Origin: Thermoanaerobaculia bacterium
GTDB taxonomy: Bacteria; Acidobacteriota; Thermoanaerobaculia; Gp7-AA8
DNA length: 64,000 bases
NCBI GenBank assembly: GCA_035996815.1
Contig: DASYJF010000134.1
Span: forward strand, 34,096 to 98,095
Reading direction: 5' to 3'
Shown here: piece by piece, positions 36,777-47,194 of the stretch
How the letters are laid out: the number at the start of each line of letters is the position of its first letter
Position numbering within the stretch: position 1 is the first letter of the stretch
The notes under the pieces: generated by a model
Database searches by the model: none
What the model was told of the DNA's origin: nothing
The model's input: the letters and a program-made list of their open reading frames with translations, nothing else
Made by a program: the position numbers and the translations under genes

Positions 36777-38177
36777 TTAAAAGTAGCGAAGTGTCAGGTC
36801 GATCAGTTTCTTTTTGAACTTCGTGTACGGCGGATACAGAAGCTGGATGGCGCTGAAGCGCGTCGGCTGCTCGAAGACGCCGCGCGCATTCGAGAATGCT
36901 TCGAATCCGAACTGGCCATGCGCTTTGCCGACGCCGCTCTCCCCCACTCCGCCGAACGGCAGATTGAGTTGGTAGAACTGCACGAGCGTGTCGTTGATGG
37001 CCGTGCCGCCCGCTGTCGTGCGCCGCAACACATCGTCGATCACTTTCCGGCTACGGCTGAAGAGGTAAAGAACGAGCGGTTTTTCACGCGCGGCGATGAT
37101 GCGCAACGCGTCGTCCAGCGTGCGGTACGTAATCATCGGCAGCAGCGGTCCGAAGATCTCCTGCTGCATCACGGGCGACTCCGGATCGACATTGGCCAGC
37201 AGCGTCGGCGTGATTGCGCGTTGATCGAAGCCGCCGCCGGCGACGACTTCCGCGCCGCCTGCAACGGCGTCATCGAACAGATGCTTGACACGCGCGGCGT
37301 GGCGGTCGTTGACGATGAGTCCCGTCTCCGGCGCGATCGCGGCGCGCAGTTTTTCGACGAACGGCGCCCGGATCGCTTCATCGATGAGCAGGTAGTCAGG
37401 CGCGATGCAGATCTGTCCGCAGTTGAGGAACTTGCCCCACGCGATCTTCTTCGCCGCCTCGTCGAGATTCGCGGTGCGGTCGACGATGACCGGCGACTTG
37501 CCTCCCAGCTCGAGCGTGACCGGCGTCAGATGCTCGGCCGCCGATTTCATGACTACTCGGCCGACGGCCGGACTGCCGGTGAAGAAGATGTGGTCCCACT
37601 TCTTGCGCAACAGCGCCTCGGCTACACCGGCATCACCTTCGACGACGGCTGCTTCGCTTTCGTCGAACAGCTCGCCGATGATTCGCTTCATCAGAGCGCT
37701 CGTGTTCGGCGTCATCTCCGACGGCTTCATCACGACGCAGTTGCCCGCGGCGATCGCCGAAACGAACGGTCCGAGCGTGAGATTTACCGGGAAGTTCCAG
37801 GGCGAAAGGATCAGCACAACGCCTTTGGCCTCGTGCACGATGCGCGAGCGCGATCCGAGGAGCGCGAGCGGCGTGGCCACGCGCCGTGGGCGCATCCAGC
37901 GGCGGAGGTGCCAAATCGCGTGCCGCGCCTCGGACACGACCGGGTAAATCTCCGACATGTCCACTTCCGGCGCGGGCTTCTCGTAGTCCGCCCAGAGCGC
38001 GCCATAAAACTCTTCGCGGTGCGCGAACATCGCCGCGTGGAAGCGGCGGAGTTTTTCGATGCGCTCGGAAGCTGACGTCGCTGCTACGACGTCGCGGTTC
38101 GCGCGCTGCTTCGCGTAGATGCGTTCGATGTCGTCGGACGCGGCGGCAAGGGCAAAGCGCGGATCGATGCTGACCAC
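36777..38177 (-). CDS. aldehyde dehydrogenase family protein (ALDH3/coniferyl-aldehyde DH-like)
   Basis: ALDH catalytic Cys region (FLNCGQICIAPDY) and Glu motif (LELGGKSP). Confidence 0.9.
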   Translation of the reverse strand: MVSIDPRFALAAASDDIERIYAKQRANRDVVAATSASERIEKLRRFHAAMFAHREEFYGALWADYEKPAPEVDMSEIYPVVSEARHAIWHLRRWMRPRRVATPLALLGSRSRIVHEAKGVVLILSPWNFPVNLTLGPFVSAIAAGNCVVMKPSEMTPNTSALMKRIIGELFDESEAAVVEGDAGVAEALLRKKWDHIFFTGSPAVGRVVMKSAAEHLTPVTLELGGKSPVIVDRTANLDEAAKKIAWGKFLNCGQICIAPDYLLIDEAIRAPFVEKLRAAIAPETGLIVNDRHAARVKHLFDDAVAGGAEVVAGGGFDQRAITPTLLANVDPESPVMQQEIFGPLLPMITYRTLDDALRIIAAREKPLVLYLFSRSRKVIDDVLRRTTAGGTAINDTLVQFYQLNLPFGGVGESGVGKAHGQFGFEAFSNARGVFEQPTRFSAIQLLYPPYTKFKKKLIDLTLRYF

Positions 38178-38219
38178 AATTTCAGTCTACCGCGCCATGC
38201 CCGATTGCCCGATGCGTGC

Positions 38220-38954
38220 CTACGGAAAATCGATCTCCGCGATGTCGGTGAAGCGGTAGTACTGAAACAGCCCGGTCGATTTTTCGCGGCCGGCGAAATC
38301 GACTTCATTGCCGGAGCAACTGTCCTTGAAGTACACCTTGAATTTGGCGCCCGACTTCATCTCAACATTCGCTGTCATCGCCGCGTTACCGAACTGACAG
38401 CATTGAGGCGCCGCTTCGGGGACGGCGGGACCGATGATGCGCACGAACTCAGTCTTGTCGGGCGTGAAATCGGAGCCATCGTCTTTGCAGAAGTTTCCGG
38501 TATCCGACCGGTTCGGATTGCTCAAGACCGCCGCGTTCGCGAACTGCGCCGTACCAATATCGACGATGTGCGTTTCATTCGTCTTCGTCTTGATCGTAAC
38601 GGACGCCTTCCCGATCAGGTTCAGCTCGTACGTGCCGTCAACCTGCGCCGTAATCGTTTGCGAAAAAGGCGCGAAAGCAAGGTGCGTGACCGTGACCACG
38701 GCCGGTTTTCCGATCGGCAGATTGAGGGAAGCCTGTCCGCTACCGTTTGTGGTCTGGGTCTGAGCGGCGTAGGTGATCGTCGCTGCGGCGACGGGGATTC
38801 CGTTCGACGCGTCCTTCACGGTGAAGATCGCCTTGGCCGTAGGTCCGCTCGCGAGCGCCGGCGAAACGGCGCGGCGCCGCGTCGTCTGCGCCACGGTGGG
38901 AATCGCTGCCGCCGCGATCAGGATGCAGATGGAAATGCGGGAAACGAGAGTCAT
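38220..38954 (-). CDS. secreted hypothetical protein
   Basis: Signal peptide; beta-rich; C-terminal Cys cluster. No family recognised. Confidence 0.55.
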   Translation of the reverse strand: MTLVSRISICILIAAAAIPTVAQTTRRRAVSPALASGPTAKAIFTVKDASNGIPVAAATITYAAQTQTTNGSGQASLNLPIGKPAVVTVTHLAFAPFSQTITAQVDGTYELNLIGKASVTIKTKTNETHIVDIGTAQFANAAVLSNPNRSDTGNFCKDDGSDFTPDKTEFVRIIGPAVPEAAPQCCQFGNAAMTANVEMKSGAKFKVYFKDSCSGNEVDFAGREKSTGLFQYYRFTDIAEIDFP

Positions 38955-39085
38955 GAAATCTCCTTTAATCGGTCACGCCACATCGGGCCGTGGCGAAGTG
39001 GCATGGTAGCCGAACGGTATACGAGCGGCACGCGTCAAACGTCCCCTGACGGCCACGGCTATACTCCGGCGGCTTCGCGAAAATC

Positions 39086-40147
39086 ATGCGCCTTTTCGAC
39101 AGCTTCACGATCCGCGCCGTCACCTTCCGCAACCGCATTTTCGTCTCGCCGATGTGCCAGTACTCAAGCGATGACGGCCTCCCGAACGACTGGCATCTGG
39201 TCCACCTCGGCAGCCGAGCGGTCGGCGGAGCGGGACTGGTCATGGTCGAGGCGAGCGGCGTTTCACCCGAAGGCCGCATCACGGCGTGGGACAGCGGCAT
39301 CTGGTCGCAGCAACATGCCGAAGCGTTCCGGCCGATTGTTGCGTTCATCGAACGCAACGGCGCCGTCGCTGGAATTCAGCTCGCGCATGCGGGACGGAAG
39401 GCGTCCACCGACGTGCCGTGGCGCGGAGGCCGCGTTATCCGCGAAGGTCCGCATTCGTGGCAGACGGTGGCACCGAGCCCGATTCCGTTTCGCGACGGCG
39501 AGCCGGTGCCGCACGAGCTGACCGCCGGAGAGATCGACGAAATCGTCGAGCAATTCGTCCGGTCGACCGAGCTGGCACTCGATGCAGGATTTCGCGTCGT
39601 CGAACTGCACATGGCGCACGGCTATCTCCTGCACGAGTTCTTATCGCCGCTCAGCAACGCGAGGACGGACGACTACGGCGGAGCGTTGGAAAACCGGATG
39701 CGCTTTCCGCTTCGCGTCGCGGAACGCGTCCGGCAGACGTGGCCCGATCACCTGCCGCTCTTCGTGCGCATCTCCGCATCCGATTGGGCCGAAGGCGGTT
39801 GGGATCTGCGGGACTCAATCGAATTCGCGAAACGCCTGCATGACCTCGGCGTCGACCTCGTCGACTGCTCCAGCGGCGGCGCGGCTCCCGCCGCGAAGAT
39901 CGAAATCGGCCCCGGCTATCAGGTGCCATTCGCACGCGCGATTCGCGCCGAGGCCGGCGTCGCGACGGGAGCGGTGGGGCTGATCACGGATGCGCATCAA
40001 GCCGACGAAATCATTCGCAGCGGTTCCGCGGATGCCGTCCTGCTGGCGCGGGAACTGCTGCGCGATCCCTACTGGCCACTCCACGCCGCACACATCCTCG
40101 GCGTCGATGTTCCGTGGCCGGATCAATACCTGCGAGCGAAGCCGTAA
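39086..40147 (+). CDS. NADH:flavin oxidoreductase / NADPH dehydrogenase (Old Yellow Enzyme family)
   Basis: OYE FMN-binding TIM-barrel motifs (SPMCQYS, HxAHGYL). Confidence 0.9.
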   Translation: MRLFDSFTIRAVTFRNRIFVSPMCQYSSDDGLPNDWHLVHLGSRAVGGAGLVMVEASGVSPEGRITAWDSGIWSQQHAEAFRPIVAFIERNGAVAGIQLAHAGRKASTDVPWRGGRVIREGPHSWQTVAPSPIPFRDGEPVPHELTAGEIDEIVEQFVRSTELALDAGFRVVELHMAHGYLLHEFLSPLSNARTDDYGGALENRMRFPLRVAERVRQTWPDHLPLFVRISASDWAEGGWDLRDSIEFAKRLHDLGVDLVDCSSGGAAPAAKIEIGPGYQVPFARAIRAEAGVATGAVGLITDAHQADEIIRSGSADAVLLARELLRDPYWPLHAAHILGVDVPWPDQYLRAKP

Positions 40148-40157
40148 GGAGCCTTTC

Positions 40158-41060
40158 ATGACCACCGCAACTCGCAACGCCGCAGCAAGTGGCACGTTCC
40201 TCCTCGGCGGCGACCTTCCTGTACACCGCCTCGGCTTCGGCGCAATGCGCATCACCGGCAAGGGCATCTGGGGTCCGCCCGCCGATCACGCCGAATCGCT
40301 GGCTGTACTCCACCGCGCCATCAACCTCGGCGTGAATCTCATCGACACCGCCGAAGCGTACGGACCGCATACCAGCGAAGAGCTGATCGCCGAGGCGCTG
40401 CATCCCTATCCGCAAGATCTCGTCATCGCCACGAAAGGCGGACTCGAACGGACCGGCCCGAATCAGTGGCCGGTCAACGGCCGCCCCGAGCGGCTGCGCG
40501 AGGGCGTCGAAGGCAGCCTGCGGCGTCTGCGGCTCGATCGCATCGACCTCTGGCAGTTGCATCGCATCGATCCCGACGTCCCCGAGGACGATCAATTCGG
40601 CGCGATCCGCGAGTTCCAGCGCGAAGGGAAAATTCGCCACGTCGGGTTGTCCGAAGTGACCGTCGAGCAAATCGAACGCGCGCGAAAATTCTTCGACGTC
40701 GTCTCCGTCCAGAACCGCTACAACCTCGCGGACGTCGAATGGGAGAACGTCCTCGACTACTGCGACGAGAAGAACATCGCCTTCATCCCGTGGTTCCCGC
40801 TGCAAACCGGCAAGCTCGCCGAAAACGGCGGCCCGCTTGTGCGCATCGCGGAACGCCATCACGTCACGCCCGCCCAAATAGCGCTGGCCTGGCTGCTGAA
40901 GCGGTCCAACGTGATGCTGCCGATTCCGGGCACGTCGAAGGTGACGCACCTCGAGGAAAACATCGGCGGCGCGGCGATTTCGTTGACGCACGACGAGTTC
41001 ATGGAGATCGGCGGGTCGTCGGACGGGAAACAGTTTCACGCGGAAACCACCGCGTCGTGA
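40158..41060 (+). CDS. aldo/keto reductase
   Basis: AKR fold with catalytic D/Y/K/H positions ([16 protein letters not shown]). Confidence 0.9.
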   Translation: MTTATRNAAASGTFLLGGDLPVHRLGFGAMRITGKGIWGPPADHAESLAVLHRAINLGVNLIDTAEAYGPHTSEELIAEALHPYPQDLVIATKGGLERTGPNQWPVNGRPERLREGVEGSLRRLRLDRIDLWQLHRIDPDVPEDDQFGAIREFQREGKIRHVGLSEVTVEQIERARKFFDVVSVQNRYNLADVEWENVLDYCDEKNIAFIPWFPLQTGKLAENGGPLVRIAERHHVTPAQIALAWLLKRSNVMLPIPGTSKVTHLEENIGGAAISLTHDEFMEIGGSSDGKQFHAETTAS

Positions 41061-41171
41061 GACGACGATCCGTGCCGGACGATCATCGGTCTTGGTTGAC
41101 TGAATCCAGAACTCGGGCCGTTATGCCAAACTTCTGTCCTCAAGATGTCAACCAGAAACCACGGGGAAGGA

Positions 41172-41519
41172 ATGACAATGAAAAGAATCGGTTGGTTGCT
41201 ACTCCTCTTCGCAACTGCTTGCATTACGACGCAACTGACTCCGGAAGGCATGAAGGTGCGAGTTACGTCGAATCCCGAGGCCGTACATGGATGCACACTG
41301 ATCGGCGAGGTAAAGGGCGCCGACCACCTTAACGGCGGGATTATGGGGCAGGGCGCAGCTCAGGAAACCGCGATGCGTGAGCTGAAGAATCGCGCGGCGG
41401 CCGCAGGCGCAAACGTCGTACTGATGGTCACGTCAACCACGAACACATCAGGATCTGTGCAGCTCGGCGAAGGGTATCGGTGCACTGCCGACCAACTTCA
41501 ACCGCCGTCATCTCACTGA
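41172..41519 (+). CDS. DUF4156-like lipoprotein
   Basis: Signal peptide with lipobox LFATAC; about 100-aa mature domain. Confidence 0.55.
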   Translation: MTMKRIGWLLLLFATACITTQLTPEGMKVRVTSNPEAVHGCTLIGEVKGADHLNGGIMGQGAAQETAMRELKNRAAAAGANVVLMVTSTTNTSGSVQLGEGYRCTADQLQPPSSH

Positions 41520-41532
41520 TGAGGGTTGAACT

Positions 41533-42147
41533 TCACTGACCGATGGGCACGCCGTCGAAAAAATCGACGGTTCCGGTTTCCAGCGAATACTCGGCGCCCA
41601 CGACGAGCAAGCCCCCATCGCGAATGAGCCGTTCGAGGATTTCGGATCCGTGCCGCAGGTGATCGGCGGAGGCGCGAACGTTTGCGCGAACGGCTTCACG
41701 GACCAGCGTCGCCGGATCAAGGTTGCCGCCGGCGGCGATCACGCTTTCGACCGAAGGGCGCACGCGGTCGACGATCGATTGAAGATTCCGGGATTGGGTC
41801 GCCTGTCCGGCTAGCTCCTCGAGCGTGGCGGTAATCGCGCCGCATTGAGTGTGTCCCATGACGACGACCAGCGGCGTTCCAAACCGCGCCGCAGCGAATT
41901 CGACGCTTCCGACCTGCGACGGCGCCACGATGTTGCCGGCCACACGAATGACGAACAGATCGCCGAACCCAAGGTCGAAGACCAGCTCCGCAGGGACGCG
42001 CGAATCCGAGCATCCCAACACGATCGCAAACGGCTCCTGCCCCGCCGCCAGCGAAGCACGATGCCCATGATGTCCGACCGCCTCGGCCTCGACAAATCGC
42101 CGGTTGCCGTCGCGAAGACGGGTGAGTGCTTCGGTTGCCGCGATCAT
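41533..42147 (-). CDS. beta-class carbonic anhydrase
   Basis: Zn-ligand motifs CSDSR and HTQCG. Confidence 0.9.
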   Translation of the reverse strand: MIAATEALTRLRDGNRRFVEAEAVGHHGHRASLAAGQEPFAIVLGCSDSRVPAELVFDLGFGDLFVIRVAGNIVAPSQVGSVEFAAARFGTPLVVVMGHTQCGAITATLEELAGQATQSRNLQSIVDRVRPSVESVIAAGGNLDPATLVREAVRANVRASADHLRHGSEILERLIRDGGLLVVGAEYSLETGTVDFFDGVPIGQ

Positions 42148-42769
42148 TCGATCACCTCTGTGCGACCGCCATTGTCCAACGCGCTCTTGATGTATGACAA
42201 CGCGTGAGCGAAATCATTCAGGACATCGCATTGGTCGACTGAAAGCTCAGCAGACTCTTTGCATTTACGCGCGAAGTTCCGATCTTTCGTTACGAAACAC
42301 TTCCGCCCAGCGCGCGTTTCCGAATGTGATTTGACAGAAGCGAGTACGAGCGCGTCCTGTGGCGAGAGCGAATGCGCATCTTCGTGGAGACCAACCATCA
42401 GCATGGTCGACGTCGTCACCGGAATCATTTCACCGTCGGCTCCGACACTCGCGATTGCAGCAAGAAGCCGATCCCGAGACTCGTCGCTGCCGGCGATCAA
42501 CGCGGCCATCGCCTCTCGATACTGATCCGCGAGGCCGCGGTTCGGCGCCGAGCGCGAGAGCTCCGCAAGATACGCTTGGAGTTGCGTATGGAATTGCTGC
42601 CGTTCCGTATTCTTGCGATGCCAGGTTAAATACGATTCGGTAATGCAGCATGCAGGCAATACGAGAGAGATCGATCGGCTCCCAGCCAATCGCAAAATCT
42701 CTTGGCAGCTCTCGTAACTCTCCTGCATGTAGGCAAGCTCAAGGAGGAAGTTGGTTTCGACGTAGACGA
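42144..42769 (-). CDS. PIN-like domain protein (hypothetical)
   Basis: N-terminal beta-strand VIVYVETNFLLE and C-terminal FVTKDRNF resemble PIN motifs 1 and 4. GTG start overlaps the TGA of the upstream gene; its stop overlaps the ATG of the CA gene. Confidence 0.45.
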
Positions 42770-43216
42770 TCACGCTGCGATATTTGTGCGGATGTAGCCG
42801 TCGCGCACTGCTGCGGCCAGACCCGAGTCTACGAGCCACTTCCGATCGCCGGCGTCGGGCAGGACGCCCATCACCAGCTCGCCAACCCACGATTGGATGA
42901 GCATTTCAAAACCGCTCTGGCTCAGCTTATCGAGAGGTCTACGGAGGCGCGCCAGGTACGGCTGCAACGCATCAGAGGTGTCGCCTTCGTACTCCGGCAG
43001 TGAGACAGGCGGCGTCGGATCGCGCCAGAGATACAGGTGGTTGCGCAATCCAAGGAGGAAGTAGTCCGTTTTCGGGATGTCGCCGTGCGCCAGAATGTTT
43101 CGAAGAAACTCCGCGGCATATTCGGCGGAAGGGGCTTCAACGTTCCTTGCTTCCACCGCAAGAATCGCAATTCCGCGCTTCTCGATCACAAAGTCGACTG
43201 TCTGCCCGTTGCTCAT
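42770..43216 (-). CDS. HsdR_N-like PD-(D/E)XK nuclease-fold protein (hypothetical)
   Basis: N-terminal DFVI...IAILAVEAR matches the D...(E)xK core of restriction-endonuclease-like folds, with Lys replaced by Arg. Confidence 0.4.
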   Translation of the reverse strand: MSNGQTVDFVIEKRGIAILAVEARNVEAPSAEYAAEFLRNILAHGDIPKTDYFLLGLRNHLYLWRDPTPPVSLPEYEGDTSDALQPYLARLRRPLDKLSQSGFEMLIQSWVGELVMGVLPDAGDRKWLVDSGLAAAVRDGYIRTNIAA

Positions 43217-43228
43217 AACCCACGCATT

Positions 43229-43765
43229 CTACTCGCGTCCCCACTCCCCCCTCACCGCCCCGTAGTAGTCCACATCCACGTGTTCGCCCCATTTCACGAT
43301 GTGCTGGCGCATGGTGCCTTCGCGTTTCATGCCGATCTTTTGCAGGACGCGGCCGGACGCGGGATTTGCGGTGAAGTGGAACGCGAAGACGCGGTTCAGG
43401 TTGAGCGTGTTGAAGACGTAATCGACGATCGCGTTCGCGGCCTCGGTCACATAGCCGCGGTTCCAGTACGGGACGCCGATCCAGTAGCCGATCTCGGCGC
43501 GATCGTGATTGCTGTCGACGTGCAAACCGATCGCGCCCATCGCTTCGCCGCCTTCGCGCGGGGTGATCGCGAAGATGTGATTGTGGGACGTGTCGTCGTG
43601 ACCTTCGATCCATTCCGCCGCGGCTCCCTCGGGATATGGATGCGGGATCAGCAGCGTGCTCGCCGCGATCTCGCGATCCGAGGCCAGTCGCTGGATCGCA
43701 GGCGCATCGGCGGGAGTGAATGGGCGCAGCACGAGGCGCTCGGTCGTAATGGTGGGGCGAGGCAT
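43229..43765 (-). CDS. GNAT family N-acetyltransferase (RimJ/RimL-like)
   Basis: GNAT motifs A/B (RGYVTEAANAIVDY; VLQKIGMKREG). Confidence 0.85.
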   Translation of the reverse strand: MPRPTITTERLVLRPFTPADAPAIQRLASDREIAASTLLIPHPYPEGAAAEWIEGHDDTSHNHIFAITPREGGEAMGAIGLHVDSNHDRAEIGYWIGVPYWNRGYVTEAANAIVDYVFNTLNLNRVFAFHFTANPASGRVLQKIGMKREGTMRQHIVKWGEHVDVDYYGAVRGEWGRE

Positions 43766-43801
43766 TCGAAATGGGCCGGGGAGTGCCCGGCCCCACGAAC
43801 T

Positions 43802-44560
43802 TTACTGCGGTTTCTTCTCTTCCGTTTTCGGTGCCGCGGCTACCGCGGGCATCTTGAACATCGCCGCGTCAACCTTCGGATTCAGCTCGATCTTTTCCAG
43901 GGTAATGGCCTGTCCACCCTCTTTGCCTTTCACGTGGCTTTCCATCGAGTAGGGCATCGTCAGTCCGTCGACGGTCTTGTAGTCGCCGATCGACGTCTCC
44001 ATCTCCAGATCCTGTCCCTGGACGTTGCGCGTGGCCTCGGTGCGGATGACCAGGTAGGTTTCCGCGTCGAGGTAGATGTTGGACTCTTTGCCTTCCTTGG
44101 TCGTGACGTGCAGTTTGTACGTCGGCGTTCCCTCGGTATCGACTTTCCCGACGTACTCGACCTTGTTGCCCTTGGCCTTGTAGTCGAACGTTGGACCGTC
44201 GAAGTCCGCCTCGACTCGGATGTCTTTCAACTGCTCTTCCGTCATCTTCTGCGGGTCTTTGTTGCCCATGAACGGCATCAGGTTCCAGCCGGTCGTGCCG
44301 TCGTACGCGGACGTTCCTGTCATGCCCTGGATCGTGAAATCGACGCGCATGTCCGCGGGGCGCGCTTTGACGATCGTGATCGGCGCCTCCATCGGGCCCA
44401 TCTTCATCTTTCCGGTCAGGCGCATCGACTGGACGGCTTTGAGTTTGTCCTTGCCGCCCATCGCTTTGAGGTTTTTCTCCAGCAGCTCATCGGCGGTCTG
44501 GCCGAACGCGGAGACCGTGAGCAGCACGGCGCAAAGGGACAGCAGTAGTTTCTTCGACAT
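43802..44560 (-). CDS. outer-membrane lipoprotein-sorting (LolA-like) family protein
   Basis: Strong RBS aggagg, signal peptide, Lys-rich beta-rich domain. Confidence 0.65.
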   Translation of the reverse strand: MSKKLLLSLCAVLLTVSAFGQTADELLEKNLKAMGGKDKLKAVQSMRLTGKMKMGPMEAPITIVKARPADMRVDFTIQGMTGTSAYDGTTGWNLMPFMGNKDPQKMTEEQLKDIRVEADFDGPTFDYKAKGNKVEYVGKVDTEGTPTYKLHVTTKEGKESNIYLDAETYLVIRTEATRNVQGQDLEMETSIGDYKTVDGLTMPYSMESHVKGKEGGQAITLEKIELNPKVDAAMFKMPAVAAAPKTEEKKPQ

Positions 44561-44631
44561 GAATCCTCCTGGTTGTGTTTGGGACGTTTCGTCGATTGTG
44601 ACATACGTCCGACGGGCCTCGGAGGTTGCGT

Positions 44632-46185
44632 TCAGACGCTGGCGACAAGGTCGCGCACTCTGCCGCGGATGTCCTCCGGCTCGGCGATAAGGCGGTCGCG
44701 CTCGGCGGCATCGAGGAGGGAACGAAGGGCGCGATACGCGTCGCCGCGATCGGACGTTTCGCGAAGAATGGCGATGGGATCGAGGCCGCGGATCGAGAAC
44801 CATTCGTCGACAGCGATGCGCGTTTCTGCCGGCGTCTCGCGCACGAGCGCGCGTGTGTCGCGCCTGATGGCTCGCGCGCGTGAAATGCGAGGCCAGGCGA
44901 ATGCGAGCAGGATGAGGAGCGCCGCCGCGATGCCGATGAATGGAAGCGACTGGCGGGCGGCTTCGACGGGCGCGTTGCCCGGCGCGGGCGGTGGGTGCGA
45001 CTGCAGCAACGCCGCGTCGGCCGCCTGAACCATCAGCGCTCGCTGTTCGCAACGAAGCTCGCGCCGCACACCGGCCGGCGTCAAGATCTGCGCCGTCAGC
45101 GGCGGGATGACGAACATGCCGGTGCTGTTTGGGAAAATCAGAAACCGCCAGCGCCGCGTCATCACCGCTTCATCGCGCCTCTGCACGCTCACCGCCCCCT
45201 CGGCGATTTGCACGCTTCCGTCGATCGCTTGCGCAAACGATGGCGGCGGCGCGGCGCGAAGGTTCGCGGCGCCGGTCATGATCACGCCGACTGCCACCGG
45301 TCCGCCGTTCTTCTGCACCGGCGCCTCGCATTGCAGCGAGATGTCGCCGACCGCGGCGACGGGCGGCCCGGCCGGAATCGGACGCGCGTCGATTGGTAGC
45401 GGCGACGAGCGGCGCTGCACATCGACGACGCTTCCCTCGAACAGACGCAACGGATTGCCGAAGCCGAGCGGCTTCATGATCTGCGCCTCGATCGCGAGCG
45501 GATCGACGGTCAGCGTGCCGTTGCGCAGTGGAAAAAGCGCCACGCGGCGGATGATCAGCTTCTGCAGCGCCACACCGCCGAGGAAAACCTGCTGCGGCGT
45601 CTGACCGCGAGTGTCCAGTTCCTCGACCCAGAAGTCGGCCAGCTTCGGCATCCGCGCGATCCCGTGTTGCTGCACGTTCGCGGCGTTGTAAATCGTCCAC
45701 GTGACGATGACCTGTTCGCCGGTGAAGACGCTGCTCTTGTCCGCCTCGGCGACGACGAGAATCGGATCGCGTCCGGTGGCTATGAGCTCGTGAAGGATGC
45801 GGATCGGATCATTCGTCCCGGCGGCGAGATCGGGAAGCACCTGAATCGACAGCGGCGCGAGCGTCTCGACGTCTCCGTCCGCACCGTGCAACGTCAACGG
45901 TCCGACGAGGGCTGCGCCGGGATGGATCGGACGCGCGACGTAGCGCAGCACTTTGCGCCGCGACGACTGCCCGTTGATCCACGAGAACTCCGACGACACG
46001 GACGGCGATCCGTCGATGACGAGGTTCTGCAGTGGGAGCTGGAGATTTTCCGCCGAGGCGAAGGCGTCCGTGAGGGTGAGCGTGATGGTGAGGGCGTCGT
46101 CGGTGGAGAGGGTTCGTTTATCGACCTGAAGGTCGCTTGCCATCGCGGGTAGCGCGATTATCAAAAGGAGAAAGGCAATGTTGAA
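44632..46185 (-). CDS. BatD-like protein (Bat operon); 5' end uncertain, ORF continues into a heptamer repeat
   Basis: Last gene of the Bat cluster; BatD-like length with a C-terminal TM. Confidence 0.65.
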   Translation of the reverse strand, partial: FNIAFLLLIIALPAMASDLQVDKRTLSTDDALTITLTLTDAFASAENLQLPLQNLVIDGSPSVSSEFSWINGQSSRRKVLRYVARPIHPGAALVGPLTLHGADGDVETLAPLSIQVLPDLAAGTNDPIRILHELIATGRDPILVVAEADKSSVFTGEQVIVTWTIYNAANVQQHGIARMPKLADFWVEELDTRGQTPQQVFLGGVALQKLIIRRVALFPLRNGTLTVDPLAIEAQIMKPLGFGNPLRLFEGSVVDVQRRSSPLPIDARPIPAGPPVAAVGDISLQCEAPVQKNGGPVAVGVIMTGAANLRAAPPPSFAQAIDGSVQIAEGAVSVQRRDEAVMTRRWRFLIFPNSTGMFVIPPLTAQILTPAGVRRELRCEQRALMVQAADAALLQSHPPPAPGNAPVEAARQSLPFIGIAAALLILLAFAWPRISRARAIRRDTRALVRETPAETRIAVDEWFSIRGLDPIAILRETSDRGDAYRALRSLLDAAERDRLIAEPEDIRGRVRDLVASV

Positions 46186-46288
46186 TGTTGAATGTTGAAT
46201 GTTCAATGTTGAATGAGGAGGCCGAGGGCGTTTCCGCCGTCCCCTCCATCCAACATTCACCATTGAACATTCAACATTCAACATTCGC
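46177..46288. repeat. AATGTTG-heptamer inverted-repeat hairpin between batC and batD
   Basis: (aatgttg)x5 ... loop ... (caacatt)x5 with minor variants. Confidence 0.85.
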
Positions 46289-46296
46289 TTTCCCGC

Positions 46297-46932
46297 CTAC
46301 CACCCCACATGCAACCGCTCGCGAGTCGGCCGGTGCATCCGCGACAACTCTTCCTGCTCCTGCTGCTGCACTGACCGCAACAATCCGTCGACATTCGGTT
46401 CATTCTTCGGCTGCTGCGCTCCGCCCGCCTGCGGCGACGGTTGCGGCTTCTGCTGCGGCTCCGGTCCGTGATCCTGCTGCGATCCGCTTCCGCCGCCCTG
46501 CTGTTTCTGCATGGCCTGTTTGCGGCGAAGGGCGATCTCCAGATTTCGCTTGGCGTCTACGTCGGATGGCCGAATTCGCAGCGCGTCGGTGTAGTCGCGG
46601 ATGGCGTAGTCGAACGCGTTCGCGGAGAGCGCGCTGTTTCCGCGATTGAAAAGCGCGTCGGCGCGCAGCGACGGATCGCCGAGCGCTTTGGCGATCGTCG
46701 ATGATCCCGCCTCGCGATTTCCCGCGGCGATTTGCGATGTGCCGAGGTTGAAGGCGCGGGCGGGAGTGGACGCGATCGAGGTGGCGGTGGCGAATGACTT
46801 CTGCGCCTCGACGTACTTTTTCTGCTTGAACTGCTCCACTCCGCGCGCAGTGGCGGCGTGTGAGTTGGTTTCTCTGGTAATCCGGCCGGCGAACGGCAGC
46901 GTGATGAGGAGCAAAATGGCGGCTAGTTTCAT
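46297..46932 (-). CDS. TPR-repeat protein, BatC-like
   Basis: Signal/TM, TPR repeats, Gln/Pro-rich C-terminus. GGGAGG RBS. Confidence 0.7.
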   Translation of the reverse strand: MKLAAILLLITLPFAGRITRETNSHAATARGVEQFKQKKYVEAQKSFATATSIASTPARAFNLGTSQIAAGNREAGSSTIAKALGDPSLRADALFNRGNSALSANAFDYAIRDYTDALRIRPSDVDAKRNLEIALRRKQAMQKQQGGGSGSQQDHGPEPQQKPQPSPQAGGAQQPKNEPNVDGLLRSVQQQEQEELSRMHRPTRERLHVGW

Positions 46933-46947
46933 CTCCGCCTCCCGCCC

Positions 46948-46974
46948 GCACAGACAAGAGTGTCTGTGCCACAC
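46948..46974. repeat. REP-like palindromic unit GCACAGACAAGAGTGTCTGTGCCACAC (left terminal copy)
   Basis: 8-bp stem CACAGACA/TGTCTGTG with loop AGAG; inverted copy at 47551-47577. Family also at 56499-56525 and 57789-57815. Confidence 0.85.
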
Positions 46975-47194
46975 TCACTTTCGCCTGCGTCACAGGTGCT
47001 GCTCGGACGGCACAAACAATGTGGCACAGACCACAGCTGTCCTAATTGGGTTGAGAAAATGTCGGTTCTCCTGAGTGTCCGAGCCATGTTTGACAGAAAA
47101 GTACGATCGACCTCCTCAGATGCTGTCAGATTGAGTGAGAGTTGAGCGGCTGGAGGGAGTGGTGGTGGACTGAATGGGCCGTAACGCACTGCAA

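Noticed and set aside
47089-47120. Sigma-70 promoter (perfect TTGACA -35) ahead of the tandem array
   Set aside because: No acceptable -10 hexamer lies at 16-18-bp spacing (TCCTCA/TCAGAT only), so it is kept only as a remark within the array finding.
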